Assembly: GCA_001244265.2 (NCBI GenBank)
Contig: CDLV01000004.1
Span: 2,418,001 to 2,482,000 of the forward strand
Origin: Microbotryum violaceum
Lineage: Eukaryota
Direction of reading: 5' to 3'
DNA: 64,000 nt
Position 1 is the first letter of the stretch, and every line of letters starts with the position of its first letter. Made by a program: the position numbers and the translations under genes. Of this stretch, positions 1-17,570 are shown piece after piece. The notes beneath the pieces were generated by a model, which made no database searches, was not told the origin of the DNA, and saw only the letters and a list, made by a program, of their open reading frames with translations.

Positions 1-2929
1 TCAATCGCTTGGAAGAGCGATTGGACTCTGTTTCTAATGTCGCCAAGGACGTCAAAGCTTTCAGTGGTCGTCGATTGGTGCTGTTGTGGTACGGCTTCGA
101 TCTGGCGATACGACTCGCCCAACCCGCCGAGTTGGTACACTCGCTCGCATCGAAATTGATCGACCGGCTTGTCCACCGTGGGGTCGAGTCGACGATGAAA
201 GGTCTCAAATCCGCCTCTTCTTCGCCCGAGACCGCGCTCAACGACGTTACCCTGCATGTGTGGCTCGGATTGGTCAGCGTCGCGGTGCAAGATTTTGATG
301 GTATAACGTGGCGCCAAGCTGATCTGTGGATGATCACGCTAGAGCGAATTGCTGCGCAGCTCTCACCGCGCGCTCAGAAGGGACCTATCGCTGGCGAGAT
401 CATGTCCTACACCACGATGATGCTATGCGCAATATCCCAATTCTCGTATTTGGGTATTTCGACCTCGACACCTCGTCTTTCTGCGCATTGGGGTGTGGTA
501 ATGCGTGCGCTCGAGCCCATTAACGTCGTCGCGCTCGCTCGTCCCGATCGTGCACTTTCTAACACGGCCATCGCCCGTCGGGATCGCTACGTCTGGACGC
601 TCTTCGCCCGGTGTCTCGTCTTCGTCAATCGATGGAATTGGAAGATTGACCAACGCAGCGACGTCCTCCCCAAGCTGTACGATATCCTCAACGCTCGCCG
701 CCTGGCGGATTTGTCGATCGAGACCCACGGTGACTTCGCCATATTCTTACAGCACCCCGACCAGTTTAACTCGACGAAAGCGCTTGTACTTCATCCACAA
801 GACGATACAGCGTTCTCTATCATGCTCAAGCTGGTCACCAATGCATCACAAGCAGCCGTCGCCTCCGGAGAGTTCCGCCAACTGACTCGACTCTTCTCGC
901 GCCTGACGCCCATGACCTCGCAAGCATGGACCCGTGCGTCTCCTGAGTTGCTTCGGTCCCATTCGACCTTGGTCAACCACTACAGTCTCCTCATCACATT
1001 TGCTCGACTCATCGCTGCCGCTCGACCCGCCTCGAACCTGGCTTTGCAGTGCCTTGATCAAGCACGCCGTATAATAGATTTCGCGCAAGTGGATGAAGAA
1101 GCTCGTCGCATAAACGTGCGCGCCGTGCTGTACTTTATGCTCGCCTTCAGAGCCCATGATCTTGACCTTGCATCCGCTGCTATGTGGTTTGGGTCGATTA
1201 CGAGTCAGCTCAAGAAGGAGTACATCGACATTGAGAAGCAAAGGCGCATCGACAACCGAGGGCTGGGTCGCAAAGCCGGCAATCTGCCCCGACCGACAGG
1301 CAACGATCCGCTGTGGCATCGAGCTGTGCTGCTGACGATGATTCTGCGATCGATCCAACTCGTTCTGAGGTCGACGGTCAAAGACGTGAACGAATTCCCT
1401 GAGCTGTGCCTGCTCGGGTCTGGTGAGTCTACGGCTCCACATCTGCTCTAAACCCACGAAACGCCTCGCTGACGAGACGGCGCTTATCTACTCCAGCATG
1501 GACCTCTTCGCTACTCGAATCGCCGCTTGCGCTCGATCCCATGATAGGCCTCGAGATCGTCCGCACGGTGGCCTGTTTCCTCGATCTACGGGCCAGGGCA
1601 AAGCCTCGAATCAATGCCACCGCTCCACTCGCGGCAACCGGTGCCGATGCCGGGATCAGCCAGGATGAGTTTGGCATGTTCGACGAAATGGACTTTGAGG
1701 ACCCAGCGTTGAACGCGATGCTGGGGGTCGAGTCGACTACGGCCCCGGAGGGCGGCGACGATCGTGACCTGTTCAAGAGGAAGGATGCAGGGTTTGCTCA
1801 GGTGAGTGATGCGAAAGTTCCTTGAGCTTTCGAGAGCCCGTGTTGAGACGATGTCGCTTCACAGATGATTAAAAGCGAGCTCTCTCCGGCTTTCTTTCGC
1901 TTGGTATCCAACATTTTTGGGTCGACAGCATGGAGAGGCCCTACGGTCGGCGATCGGGTTGCCTACGCCCAGCAGGTTGTTGAGACATGGATTAGATGCG
2001 TTGCTGTCATGGTTCAACACAATCTCGTCGTGAGTGCCCCTCATCTACATTGGTAGTGCTAGCCCTGACCTACGGCGCTTCTCATGTAGGACTGGAGCGG
2101 CTACCTACGCTACGGGGATCAGTCGTGGAAACGGGTCATCGATCCTATAGGTCGACGCACGATCGGTCTCCTACTCGCTATCCTGATCCTACGTCACGAA
2201 CCTGATGCCTACTCGGTCAGTCCACGTCTCTCCACGCTGATCAACGAATTGGCACAAAATTGACGCCATTTGCTTCAAATTGCAGTTGTTCCAGGATGAC
2301 ATTCTGGAGATCTGGTTCCAAACCATTGTAGCTTACTCCCTCTCGTCGGAGCACATCCTCACCTCGCGCTTGCTCAACGCCGAGCCGGTCTCGCCGCTCT
2401 TCGAGGACGCTCAAATCCTGCTCGAACGCAACGAGGATTGCCGCTTCGAGCTCGATGAACATACCATCGACGAACGTCGTCTCGATATCCTTCGCAGTGA
2501 GTCCCACCCTCTCGCGCTGCATTGAACGAAGCTCACCCAGGTAGTCGATCGTGGAATGCTCACAGGCGTCTTCAAAAGCGCTGCACGACATCTCGTCGCA
2601 TCCAACGCAAACCCGCCACTCTTTGCGGGATCAAAATCATCGTTGAATCGAGCCATGATCCTCAACTTGTTTCGTGCCATGCTCGCATCGATGAAGGATC
2701 ATCTCGCGGTCGGTCACTATTTTCGTTCCCTCTGCGAAGCGCGTGCTTTCCTGACCTTTATTCTCCAATCTCTCAGGCCATCACCAACGAACGTAGTCGA
2801 GACAGCTACGCCACCTTCGTTCGACACGTTTTGGATGCATTGAGGGGGTGCGGTGCGCCGGACGTGAAAGAGCAGTCGTTGGTCGATTGGCGAGTGCTGG
2901 AAAAATCTGTAGCTGGCGCTAGTGCCTGA
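1..2929 (+). CDS. MMS22: Mus7/MMS22-family DNA repair protein, 3' part of a multi-exon gene (5' end outside window)
   Basis: Long ORF 9-1451, then GT-AG introns at 1423-1496, 1802-1864, 2030-2089, 2216-2285 and later ones that splice in frame (..LLGS/AWTSSLLESP..; DWSGYLRYGDQSWKR..; LFQDDILEIWFQTIV). Stop at 2929. Motifs 'RYVWTLFARCLVFVNRWNW' and 'W..Y...G..SW' resemble fungal Mus7/MMS22 from memory; not searched. Confidence 0.6.
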
Positions 2930-3133
2930 GAGTTTGACTCTTGAGAATGCAAAGTACGATCCTCTCACTCGCACATGTGTCTCTCTGCAATTTTCAGTGG
3001 AAACTCGATGTTTTATTTTGCACACTCAATTAATCCACTCCTCGGGTCAGGTCCGAGCGCCTGTAGAGCGACGCTTCCTAACCACGAGGATGGCCCAACA
3101 GACACGTCAAATGCATTACACGACATCAGACAA

Positions 3134-5522
3134 TCACTACACGGGCAAAGGCAAGGCAGGAGGTGTCAGTGTGCCTCTCGGAGGGAGAAAGACGATCCAG
3201 AATACAACTCACAAGCTCGTCGTGGTGGTCAGCGATGACGGTCTGTTCGCTAGCAGCCCCTCCAGCTACGGCGGGCTCATCAGCGGCGCTGATGTCGTTG
3301 GTCGCGTTAGACTCAAGGAACTCGACCAAGGACTCAAGCGTGCGGTCACCCTCGTACGAAATCCATTCGTTGGTGTTGGCAGCGCGGAACTTGATGGTGG
3401 GGAAGCCCGAGACGCGGAAGCGAGCCGAGGCGGGGACGTCGTTTCCGGTCGCGTCGAACTTGGCGATAGTGACCTTGGACTTGGCGCCGGCGTACTTCTG
3501 TCCAAGCTCATCCCAAGTGGGCTTGAGCTTCTTGCAGTGGCCGCACCACGGGGCGTAGAACTCGACGAGGAGATCTTTTGACTTGTCGGCGACCACCTCA
3601 TCGAACTGGTCGGCCACGAGCACAAAGACGGGCTCGTCTTGCGAAGCGGGGACCTTTTCGGACTTGATCGAGGCGGCGATCTTGCCACCAAGGAAGTCCT
3701 GAACGAAGGCCGAAATGGTCTTGTGGTCGACGGGTTTGGACTGGTCGAGTGGGAACTTGGTCATCTCCTGGATGTTCTGGATGGCGAACGATGGCCACGT
3801 AGGCTCGAGGAGGTTGAGCGACTTGGCGTGGTCAGCAAACTTGTTGGCATCGATCCAGACAAAGTTGACCTTGCCCTTGTGCTCGCGGGCGATGGGCTCG
3901 ATCGACTTGGTGATCTCGCTGCGCTTCTTGTGATCATCGGGAATGAAGATGTAAGCAAGAGGAATGCCCGCTTCGGCGTACATAGCGAAGTTGTCGGGCG
4001 AGATCTCGTCGAGAATGGGGACGGTGTGCTCCTTGGCGAACGCATCGAGTGCCTGGGACGAGAGCTTGTCGGTGAAGTCGTTGCGGCCCTCGTCGAAGGT
4101 CTTGTAGAGAACAACGGCAGGCGGGGTCACGCCGGCGACCTTCTCGGCATCATGGGAGAGACCAAAGAGATAATCGTCGCGATGGGACTCGGCGAAGGCG
4201 GTGAAAACCTCCTTGCTCGTCTTGTCATCCTCAGCAATGTAAGCGATGAAGACGAGCTTGTCAGCCTTGGAGAACTCGTCGTGGGTCGAGGCGGTGACAT
4301 CCGAAATTGTGGGAAGAAGTTGCCTGAGAGCGAAGAAAGAGTCAGTACGACTTGGCCTGCACACCGTGAAGGCCGTGGAGATTGAATTCACTTTTTCATG
4401 TGAGAGACTGTTCGAAACAAGCAAGGGGACGATGCAGAAGTCAGTATTGCAGATTCTGCTTGGTCATCCGAGAGCAAGTGTAACTTTAGGTGCGAGGAAC
4501 GTACCGATACCATCGGTCTTGCGACTTCCACCGTAGTCGGACGATTCACCCTTGCGGAAGACCTTGAGTGTGCTGTGAAGCCAGGAGCGTACACGATGTA
4601 AGCCTCGTGATCTAGGGTGAGGTCTAGAGCTACACTCCAAAGCACGGACAAGGGGCCATATGGCGCGCTCGTTCGGCCATATTAACGGTCATAGTGACCC
4701 GGTTCAACTTACGGGTAGCCCGAAACATCGTGGGACGTGCAGAGCTCGGCTTCAACGGTGCAGTCGACCTTGGCCAGTACGACGCCGTGCTTGGCGAGGA
4801 TGTCGGATGCTTCATCGTACTGTGGGTGGGAGAGGAGAGAGAGAGGACGAAACGGCGGACGGGAGAGGCGTACGCGAGGCAGACGGCGGACGGCGGACAG
4901 GACAGGAGGACGATTCGGGCTTGGTCAGCGAGCGTTCTGCGGAATTGTGGCAATGCGGCAGTGGCTGCTGTGCGCTGGCCGGCTTGGCCGTCTTTGGGTG
5001 CGCGCGAACGAAGCTTTGCTCGGGAAGGAAGCCCAAGTGTGGCGCGCGCGCACGAGTCCGGCAGGTAGGGAGGCTCGTAGGGCAAAGCTGGGGGAGCTTA
5101 CGTGAGGTGCCAAAGCCTTGCAGTGACCGCACCTGGGTGTGCATAGGATTGACAGTTGGAACGGCACGATGTCAGTATCGAGTGCACTTTCATCAGGACG
5201 TATCATCAGCACGGTGCAGCAGACTCCATAAACGTTGCTGCCACGTGCTAGCCGCCGAAGGAATTGCCACGTCGCCACTGTTGGCTCCAACCGTCGACGA
5301 TGTCTCACCGCGTGCAGCATCCTGCAACGCCACGATCGCACCACGAGCGTCGAGTAGACGATGGAACACATTCCGAATGATTACGTACCAAGGGGCAAAG
5401 AACTCGATCAAGGACAGGTCACCCTTGGCCACCTCGTCAAAGTTGGCCGTGGTCAAGTCAATCACGGAGCTCGCTCGAGCGGCGGCGTAGAGCGCGGCCG
5501 TAACCAAAAGAGAAAACCGCAT
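3134..5522 (-). CDS. PDI1: Protein disulfide isomerase (ER, a-b-b'-a' thioredoxin domains)
   Basis: Signal peptide MRFSLLVTAALYAAARA. Two WCGHCK motifs (FFAPW/CGHCKALAP split by an intron; FYAPWCGHCKKL). Small exons YDEASDILAKHGVVLAKVDCT..GYP, TLKVFRKG.., VSHMKK. C-terminal HDEL, with the TGA at 3134-3136 after a last intron 3137-3212. Confidence 0.95.
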
Positions 5523-5668
5523 ACTGCGAAAGTACGGTCTAGATAGGGTGGAGCGGAAAGGAGTAGGTGGTGTGGTGGGACAGAATCGAGTCGAAACACG
5601 GAGGCGAGCCGAGTCGAAGGTGATACGAATGAGAGCAAAGAAGCTAATACGAGGCGCGCTTCAGCTTA

Positions 5669-10735
<5,067 letters not shown>

Positions 10736-13700
10736 TGTAAGGCCCGTGCGCCTGGGCCTTAGGAAGAGGGGATGCGCGCCTGGGCACTCTTAGTCTCTCT
10801 CCAGTGACTGATACGAGTGTCCAGGTGAGCACAAGGTGGATCAGAAGGCATTGTCATACCAGTGACTGATACGAGTGTCTAGTGTCAATTCTACATACTT
10901 TGGTCCTGTGATCCTTGTCGTCGCCGCTCAGGTGTACACTCCAACGGGGTGTACTACACTTTTTTTTTCACACCGGTCAAAGACGCACACTGCCACGTGC
11001 GCCAGCGACACACCCGCGGAACGAACGAACGACAACGAACGGTAACGGACAAACATGGCGCGTGGCAAGAAATCCACCGCCCAACCAGCGCCATCATCCG
11101 CGCCAGAGGAAAAGGAGGACAGCTCGGACGATGAGCAGGAGGGTTGCTTTAACTGCAGATGCATCAACACGGATCACCGCGCGAGCGACTGTACAGCCAA
11201 CTGGCAGCAGGCACCGGATGTCCCGGAGGGGTGGGCCGAGTTCGAAAAGAAGAAGGCGAAAGCGGCCAAGAACGACACCCTCCATCAAATTGCGGAAAAC
11301 TCAGAAGACGACATCTCAACGGACGAAGAAAACGAGTACGCCCCTCAGTTCATCTCCACCATTCCCATCACTCTGCACAACAACACGAAGTCAAAGACGT
11401 TGCAGGCACTTGCTGACTCTGGGGCCTCTTCCTCCTTTATCGCAGATAAGGTGGTTGAGAAACTGGGGTTAGTCATGCATCGTCTCCCTGTTCCTACATT
11501 GGTCAAAACTGCAATCAAAGGCCAAGCACGCGCGTTTCATGTTACCTTGTTTGTAAAGATTCCGATCACGCTCAAGAATGGCGCATGGGAAGCGGGACAC
11601 ACGATTCTGAAGGTGGCTAAACTGCAGGAGCCCTTGGAAGTGGTACTGGGGTTCAACTTCCTTGTAAAACACAAGGTTACCATCGACTTCGCGGCACACA
11701 AGATCCTGGTGCCACATCCGACCATGCCTGACGTAAAGATCGACCTTCTTGCGCCGGTCTTCGGACCCCACCCCCAGCGAGCCGCGGCAAGGAATGCCAA
11801 ACGAAGCGATAAAGCTCGGATCAACTGGCGTGCAGTGATTGCCTACATCGACGGGGTCCAGCAAAGGGAAACGGAGTTGACGGAGTTGCGACGGCGGGAG
11901 GCAAAGCTACGGGTCGAGTTTGCGGATCGGTTCCCGGGGATATTCCTCCGGTTTCGACGTATGAATCACCGGTCCGACACCGAATCGAGCTGAAGGACGG
12001 AGCAACAAAACCGAACTTGAAGGGTTATCGAGCCGCACACCGTTACCGGGAAGCCTGGAAGCGCCTGATTGATCAGCACGTCGCCAATGGCCGCCTTCGA
12101 AAGTCGTCATCAGAGTTCGCGTCCCCGGCGTTTGTCATCCCAAAGAAAGGTATGGATAAGGACCCGTCAATCCAACCACGCATGGTCTGTGACTACCGAG
12201 TACTCAACGAAGGGACGGTCCGAGATCGCACACCTCTACCACTTCCGGACGAGATTCTGTCGGTCTGCTCAAACACGCGATTCTGGGGAAGATCGACATG
12301 ACAAACTCCTTCTTCCAAACCAAGATGGCCGAGGAAGACATCCGGAAGACGGCGATTGTGACACCGTGGGGATTGTACGAGTGGACGGTAATGCCAATGG
12401 GACTCTGCAACGCCCCGGCAACGCATCAGCGCCGAGTCAACGAGGCACTCGGAGACCTTATCGGGAGCGTGTGTTTCGTGTACCTCGATGATATCACAAT
12501 CTTTGCCGACACCTTGGAGGAACATGAACGACGGGTGCGACTAGTCCTGGAGGCGCTGAGACGGGCGGATCTGTACGTATCACCGAAGAAGACGGAACTG
12601 TTTGCTGCCGAGTGCTTTTTCCTCGGCCACCAGATCACTCGGGAAGGCATCAAGGTCGATCCTGACAAGGTGGAGCGGATCCAACAGTGGCCGCGACCAA
12701 GGACGGTGAAGCAATTGCGGGGATTCCTAGGTCTGGTGCAGTATCTGCGGAAGTTCATCGACAAGCTTGCGGATTTGACGGCGGTTTTAGTCCCGCTGAC
12801 ACGGAAAGGGGTGCATGTCGACGAAGGCTGGACGGGAGAGCACGACAAGGCGTTTGAGGCAATCAAGTCCTTGGTGGGCAACCTTCCTTCTCTACATCCC
12901 ATTGACCATTCCGACAAGGGCGACCCATTATGGCTGATGACGGACGCGAGCAATCAGGGAATCGGGGTGGCACTCAGTCAAGGAAAGCAATGGCAGACGG
13001 CCATGCCGGCAGGCTATTGGTCACGACAGTACAACCCAGCGGAAGGCAACTATGCAGCCCACGAGATGGAATTGCTTGCAATTGTGGACGCCCTTCATCA
13101 CTGGCGGGCGGACCTTTTGGGTGTTCGATTCAAGATCCTCACAGACCACCACTCCTTGGCGGGCTTCATGAAGCAACCAAGCCTTTCACGACAACAAGCT
13201 CGATGGACCGAACGACTGGCCGATTACGACTTCGAGATTGTATATGTACGAGGTCCAGAGAACACAGTGGCTGATGCATTGAGTCGTTACTCTTTCCCGG
13301 AGGAACCCACAGCCGGGCGCCAGGCGAGCGACAATGTCAACGTGCTGGCGGAGGCAACTCTCGATCCGGCCTTCCTTTGCAAACTCAGGGACGGTTACCG
13401 CAAGGACCCGCAATGTCAACAAGCTATCAAGAACATTGACTCAACACCAGGCTACTCAGTCGACAATGGAATCGCACGGTTCGAAGGACGGATCCTCCTG
13501 CCAAAGACGGGGAACTTTCGGGAGGACGCGCTACATGACGCGCATGATGCCGCAGGCCATTTTGGACTACACAAGACGTATGAACACCTACGCCGCAACT
13601 TTATCTGGTCGGGAATGAAGGATGCATGCAAAGATTACGTTGAGTCCTGTGCTGCTTGTCAGACAATGAAGATGCATGGCACCGGTTTTGCCGGTCGGAT

Positions 13701-15096
13701 CCACAATTTGAATGTGCCTGACCGGCCAATGCGGGAAGTTGGCCTAGACTTTGTCGGGCCACTTGTACCTAGCAATGGTAATGACGCACTGCTTACGGTA
13801 ACAGATCGCCTTTCAGGCTACGTTCGCCTCATCCCCTGCCGCACGACGGACGACGCGACTACCACGGCGGACCGGTTCTTTGAGGGGTGGCATCGACACT
13901 TCGGCATGCCACGAGTGCTGGTCTCCGACCGCGACAAGCTCTTCACAAGCGAGTTCTGGCGAGCGTACATGGGCCAGCTGGGAACGAAACTGGCAACATC
14001 GACGTCTTTCCACCCACAAACGGATGGCCGAAGCGAGCGAACAAATCGGACCGTGATCCAAGTCCTGCGAACAATGGTCAACCGACAGCAAAATGACTGG
14101 TCAAAGCACTTGGCTACGGTGGAGTTTGTGATCAACTCCAGTATGAACAGGTCGACGGGGAAGACGCCATTTGAAGTGGTACTTGGGTTCACGCCGGAGC
14201 TGACACCAATCACCCAGTGGAGGGCTCAACCACGTCACAGGCAGTCAAATCCATCGTGGAACAACGTGAAGCAGCGGTTGCGGAAGCCCGAGACAATTTG
14301 GCAATTGCAAAGATCCGACAGGCCAACCAGAGCAACAAGGCGAGGAAACCGGAGCCCGGGTTTGCAGTTGGCGACATGGTCTTAGTCGACTCGCGGGATC
14401 GACGACTGCGGTACAAGGCCGATGGGGAAGCACGGTCAGCCAAACTCTTTCCCCGGTTTGACGGCCCCTACGAAGTCCTAGCAGCACGACCCGAAACCTC
14501 AAATTACAAGCTGAAGCTCAAGGCGGGGGACAAGTCGCACAACGTCTTCCACGCCTCCAAGCTCCGACGCTGGGTAAAGAACAATGGGGTGGTGTTCCCA
14601 GGACGAGAGGCAACGGAACCAGCGGCCATTATCGTCCAAGGAAACGAGGAGTGGGAGGTAGAACGGATTGTGGACGAAAAGGGGAAGGGGTCAAGGAAGA
14701 GGTTCTTGGTGAAATGGAAGGGGTGGGCAGACAGCGACAACACATGGGAGCCATGCTCACACCTGGAAGACACCACAGCGTTGGAAGAGTGGGAGAGTGG
14801 GAAGGCAGGGGGAGGACAAGGCAAGGAGGGAGGGTGTAAGGAGGGAGGGGAGTTTGGTTTAGGTGGTGGAGAGTGTAAGGCCCGTGCGCCTGGGCCTTAG
14901 GAAGAGGGGACGCGCGCCTGGGCACTCTTAGTCTCTCTCCAGTGACTGATACGAGTGTCCAGGTGAGCACAAGGTGGATCAGAAGGCATTGTCATACCAG
15001 CGACTGATACGAGTGTCCAGTGTCAATTCTACATACTTTGGTCCTGTGATCCTTGTCGTCGTCGCTCAGGTGTACACTCCAACGGGGTGTATTACA
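10736..15096 (+). mobile_element. Ty3/gypsy chromovirus family A copy 2 with both LTRs (10736-10958, 14874-15096); gag deleted, pol frameshifted
   Basis: 223-bp TG..CA LTRs. PR (LADSGAS), RT (YLDD), RNase H (TDAS), integrase (HHCC, DDE), GPY/F and chromodomain ([19 protein letters not shown]). 1-bp frameshifts near 11940, 12290 and 14215. Flanks CAAAG and CCCCG do not match. Confidence 0.95.
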
Positions 15097-15169
15097 CCCC
15101 GCCCCCCCCCCCCCCCCCCCCCCCCAATTTTCGTTGAACGAACCTTCAGCTCTAGAGAGCTTCAGGGAT
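15097..15169. repeat. Half copy of the small palindromic element at 27552-27655, with expanded poly-C, cut by the gypsy LTR
   Basis: aattttcgttgaacgaaccttcagctctagagagcttcagggat is the reverse complement of the left arm at 27552-27600. Confidence 0.8.
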
Positions 15170-15970
15170 TTCACATGCGCCTTGGAAAGATTATTAAAAT
15201 GTGTTCTACATGCTCCAAAAATCGCTCAAAAGTCCTCGAAAACGCGTTCCGAGCGTTTGCGGGCACGCGGCGGCCTACCGAAAGTGGCTTGCGGCGCGCG
15301 TCGCTTCGGCTGGTGTTGCGCGTGGCTCCACGCTTCAAACAAGCCTTCCTTGCTTTGCTGGCTGGCTCGCTGCTTCGATGTCAGACTTCCTTTTTGCTGA
15401 AGTTGAGCTCCTTGTTTCCGCGGCGGCATTTGTGCGGCTTGTAGAGGTTCTGCCGGCGGCATCTCGCAGGCCGGGCACGCTCCGAAGGGCGGCAAACCTT
15501 TGCTCGGCATGTGCGCTCGTGCTGATTAGGCACTTGTCCAGGTAACATGAGGTAAGGTCCGTGGTTGAACGATATGTAGTCTTTGACGGGCCTAATGACT
15601 CGATGACCTGTCGACCATCAATGAGGTAAATGGAAGAGCAAGCTTTCTTGAAGAGGCGAAGCTCCTGTACAACGATATTTGAAAGTACAACCAACGACGC
15701 AAGCGCGCTGTTGTCATTTTGCTGTAGATGTATCACACTGTAGCAGACAAGACCTGTGTCAAGTGAGAACATCACAGCTCAACTGCCATTCAAGGCATTG
15801 TACCAATTCCAATGGACAGCACTTCTTCTCCATAAGCAGTTTGATCGCAGCTGAGTGAATGCATGCCACGCTTCAGGCCAAAGCAGACCAGATATCTGAT
15901 CTTTGATGTTGTGGTAGTGGTTACAGCTCCGCCGTCAAGCGATCCAAAATGAGGATAGCGTTGCGCTAGC

Positions 15971-17570
15971 ATCAGCAAAATGGCCAAACGCGCGTAAGCA
16001 CGCGAAAGCTTGTAAAGCAGTCGTTAAGCGGCCTAGAGCTGCTCTTAAGCGCCCTTAACCACTCGTTAAGCCGCGCGCGCGTTAAGTGTCGCTTAATTCT
16101 TGTGCTCGGGCAAGCACCTATAGCAGTGAGGTTTATAACCGAGCTTAGGTCATCTGCTAGTTGCAAACTTTACATCCACAACCTAATTTGACTTCGCGTC
16201 GAATTGAATCTTTCCCATTCCACCAAAAGGAGTCTCACCTTTTAAATTACGCGAAGTGGGTCTTCCAGCTCCGGGCCCCGGACGGCTGCTTCACACGCCA
16301 CCTCCTCGACATCCGCATCCGCCTCCAGGCACCAAACGAACCAACCCCTTTCACCTTGTCCAGACCGGCCCCCAACCAGCATCGTTGCCCTTGGATTTGG
16401 ATCTGGTGGGCATACTTTTGCCATCCTCCCCCAAAGTGGGACCATGTGGTGAGAAAAACGACAAAACCTCTTCCTGCTCGTTGGGTCCGATACTTCGAAG
16501 CCTGGGCGTTGGTGACCACGCTCAATCCCCCGGAACTCTCCAAGAGCCAGAACCTCGAGCAATGGGCGACGCACGTACTCTATTTCCCAGCGGGCCACGG
16601 AATACAACTCTCGGTAAACCCGATGCTTTTTCGAGGTCCCGATGGCGAGGTGATGACCCCGTCTTCGTTTGTGAACGCGTCCAAACGCCGCCAAGTCTTC
16701 ATCTTCCCCCCTATCTTCCCCAAGGGACACCAGAAGGTATTCGATCTGCCTGAGCAACGCTGGAACGCTTGTTGGAAGGCTTTGCGCAAGGTTCGCCGGG
16801 TTCACTCGGACGCCAAGGATACCGGCCACCTTCTCTCCCTGGGGTCCCTCCATCCGGGAAGCCAAGTCGCCTCCCCAACCAGCCCACATCCCAACAATCG
16901 ATCTACCTCCTGTGTGATGTGCCTCTCGGAAGTACCGAGTGCCTGGTTCACCTCGCGGTTGGCTGCCCATTTGCCCGGCGCCTCTGGTCTGCTCTGTCCC
17001 CGACCCCCACCCAGTCTTTGTGGACTTTGTATGCCCGGTCGTGTCTCGCTCGGAACGTCGACTTGTCGAACCACGAGTCCTCTTCTTTCACTCGATCTGG
17101 AAGCTCTGTCGCCGTCGTCGATTCTCGTCGGATCTTTTGGAACCAATCACCGAAACGGAGTTCGAGGGGCTTCGAGCCTCTATCCAGGAGTCCAAGGGTC
17201 GCCTAGTGTCTCTGTAAGACACCAAAGGGGGTTTTAGTGGGTATGGTTGATCCTGGTTCAGGGTCAATGAGTCCTACACTACTGGCTTCTGCCAGTGTGC
17301 GTAACAGCATTCCCTCCGACTTTTCCGAAGATTTCTAGGTATCAATATAATTATGCTGTTAATGAAGTCTATCAAATAAATAAATAAAAAGTGTACCCTA
17401 GATAAGGGACTCTTACGGCGCGCTTTGTTTGCATACGCAAAGCGGTCCGTAAGTCCTCTTATGCGCGTATACGTCCTTATGCACATCTTATGCACCGTTA
17501 AGCGCTGTTAAGTGCGCGTAATCTCGGGCGAATCCTTAAGCGGGTTCGCGCGCGTGGCCATTTTGCTGAT
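15971..17570. mobile_element. Non-autonomous TIR DNA transposon (16-bp perfect TIR ATCAGCAAAATGGCCA) containing a LINE 3' fragment
   Basis: TIRs at 15971-15986 and 17555-17570; repeated subterminal (C)GTTAAG(C/T)G motifs at both ends. Confidence 0.75.
16230..17390 (+). mobile_element. 5'-truncated non-LTR retrotransposon (L1/Tx1-like) C-terminal zf-RVT region, 3' UTR and A-rich tail
   Basis: CVMC..(frameshift)..ECLVHLAVGCPFARRLW (CxxC..E..HL..CP..W) at about 16911-16988; tail aaataaataaataaaaa at about 17373-17390. The 5' limit is approximate. Confidence 0.7.

Noticed and set aside
2922-4385. Long plus-strand ORFs (219 and 248 aa)
   Set aside because: Antisense shadows of the codon-biased PDI gene.
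11930-14220. Programmed frameshifts in gypsy pol (the one near 11940 is shared by copies 1 and 2)
   Set aside because: Copy 3 is open across all three sites; they are 1-bp losses in or beside short homopolymer runs, consistent with decay or sequencing error.
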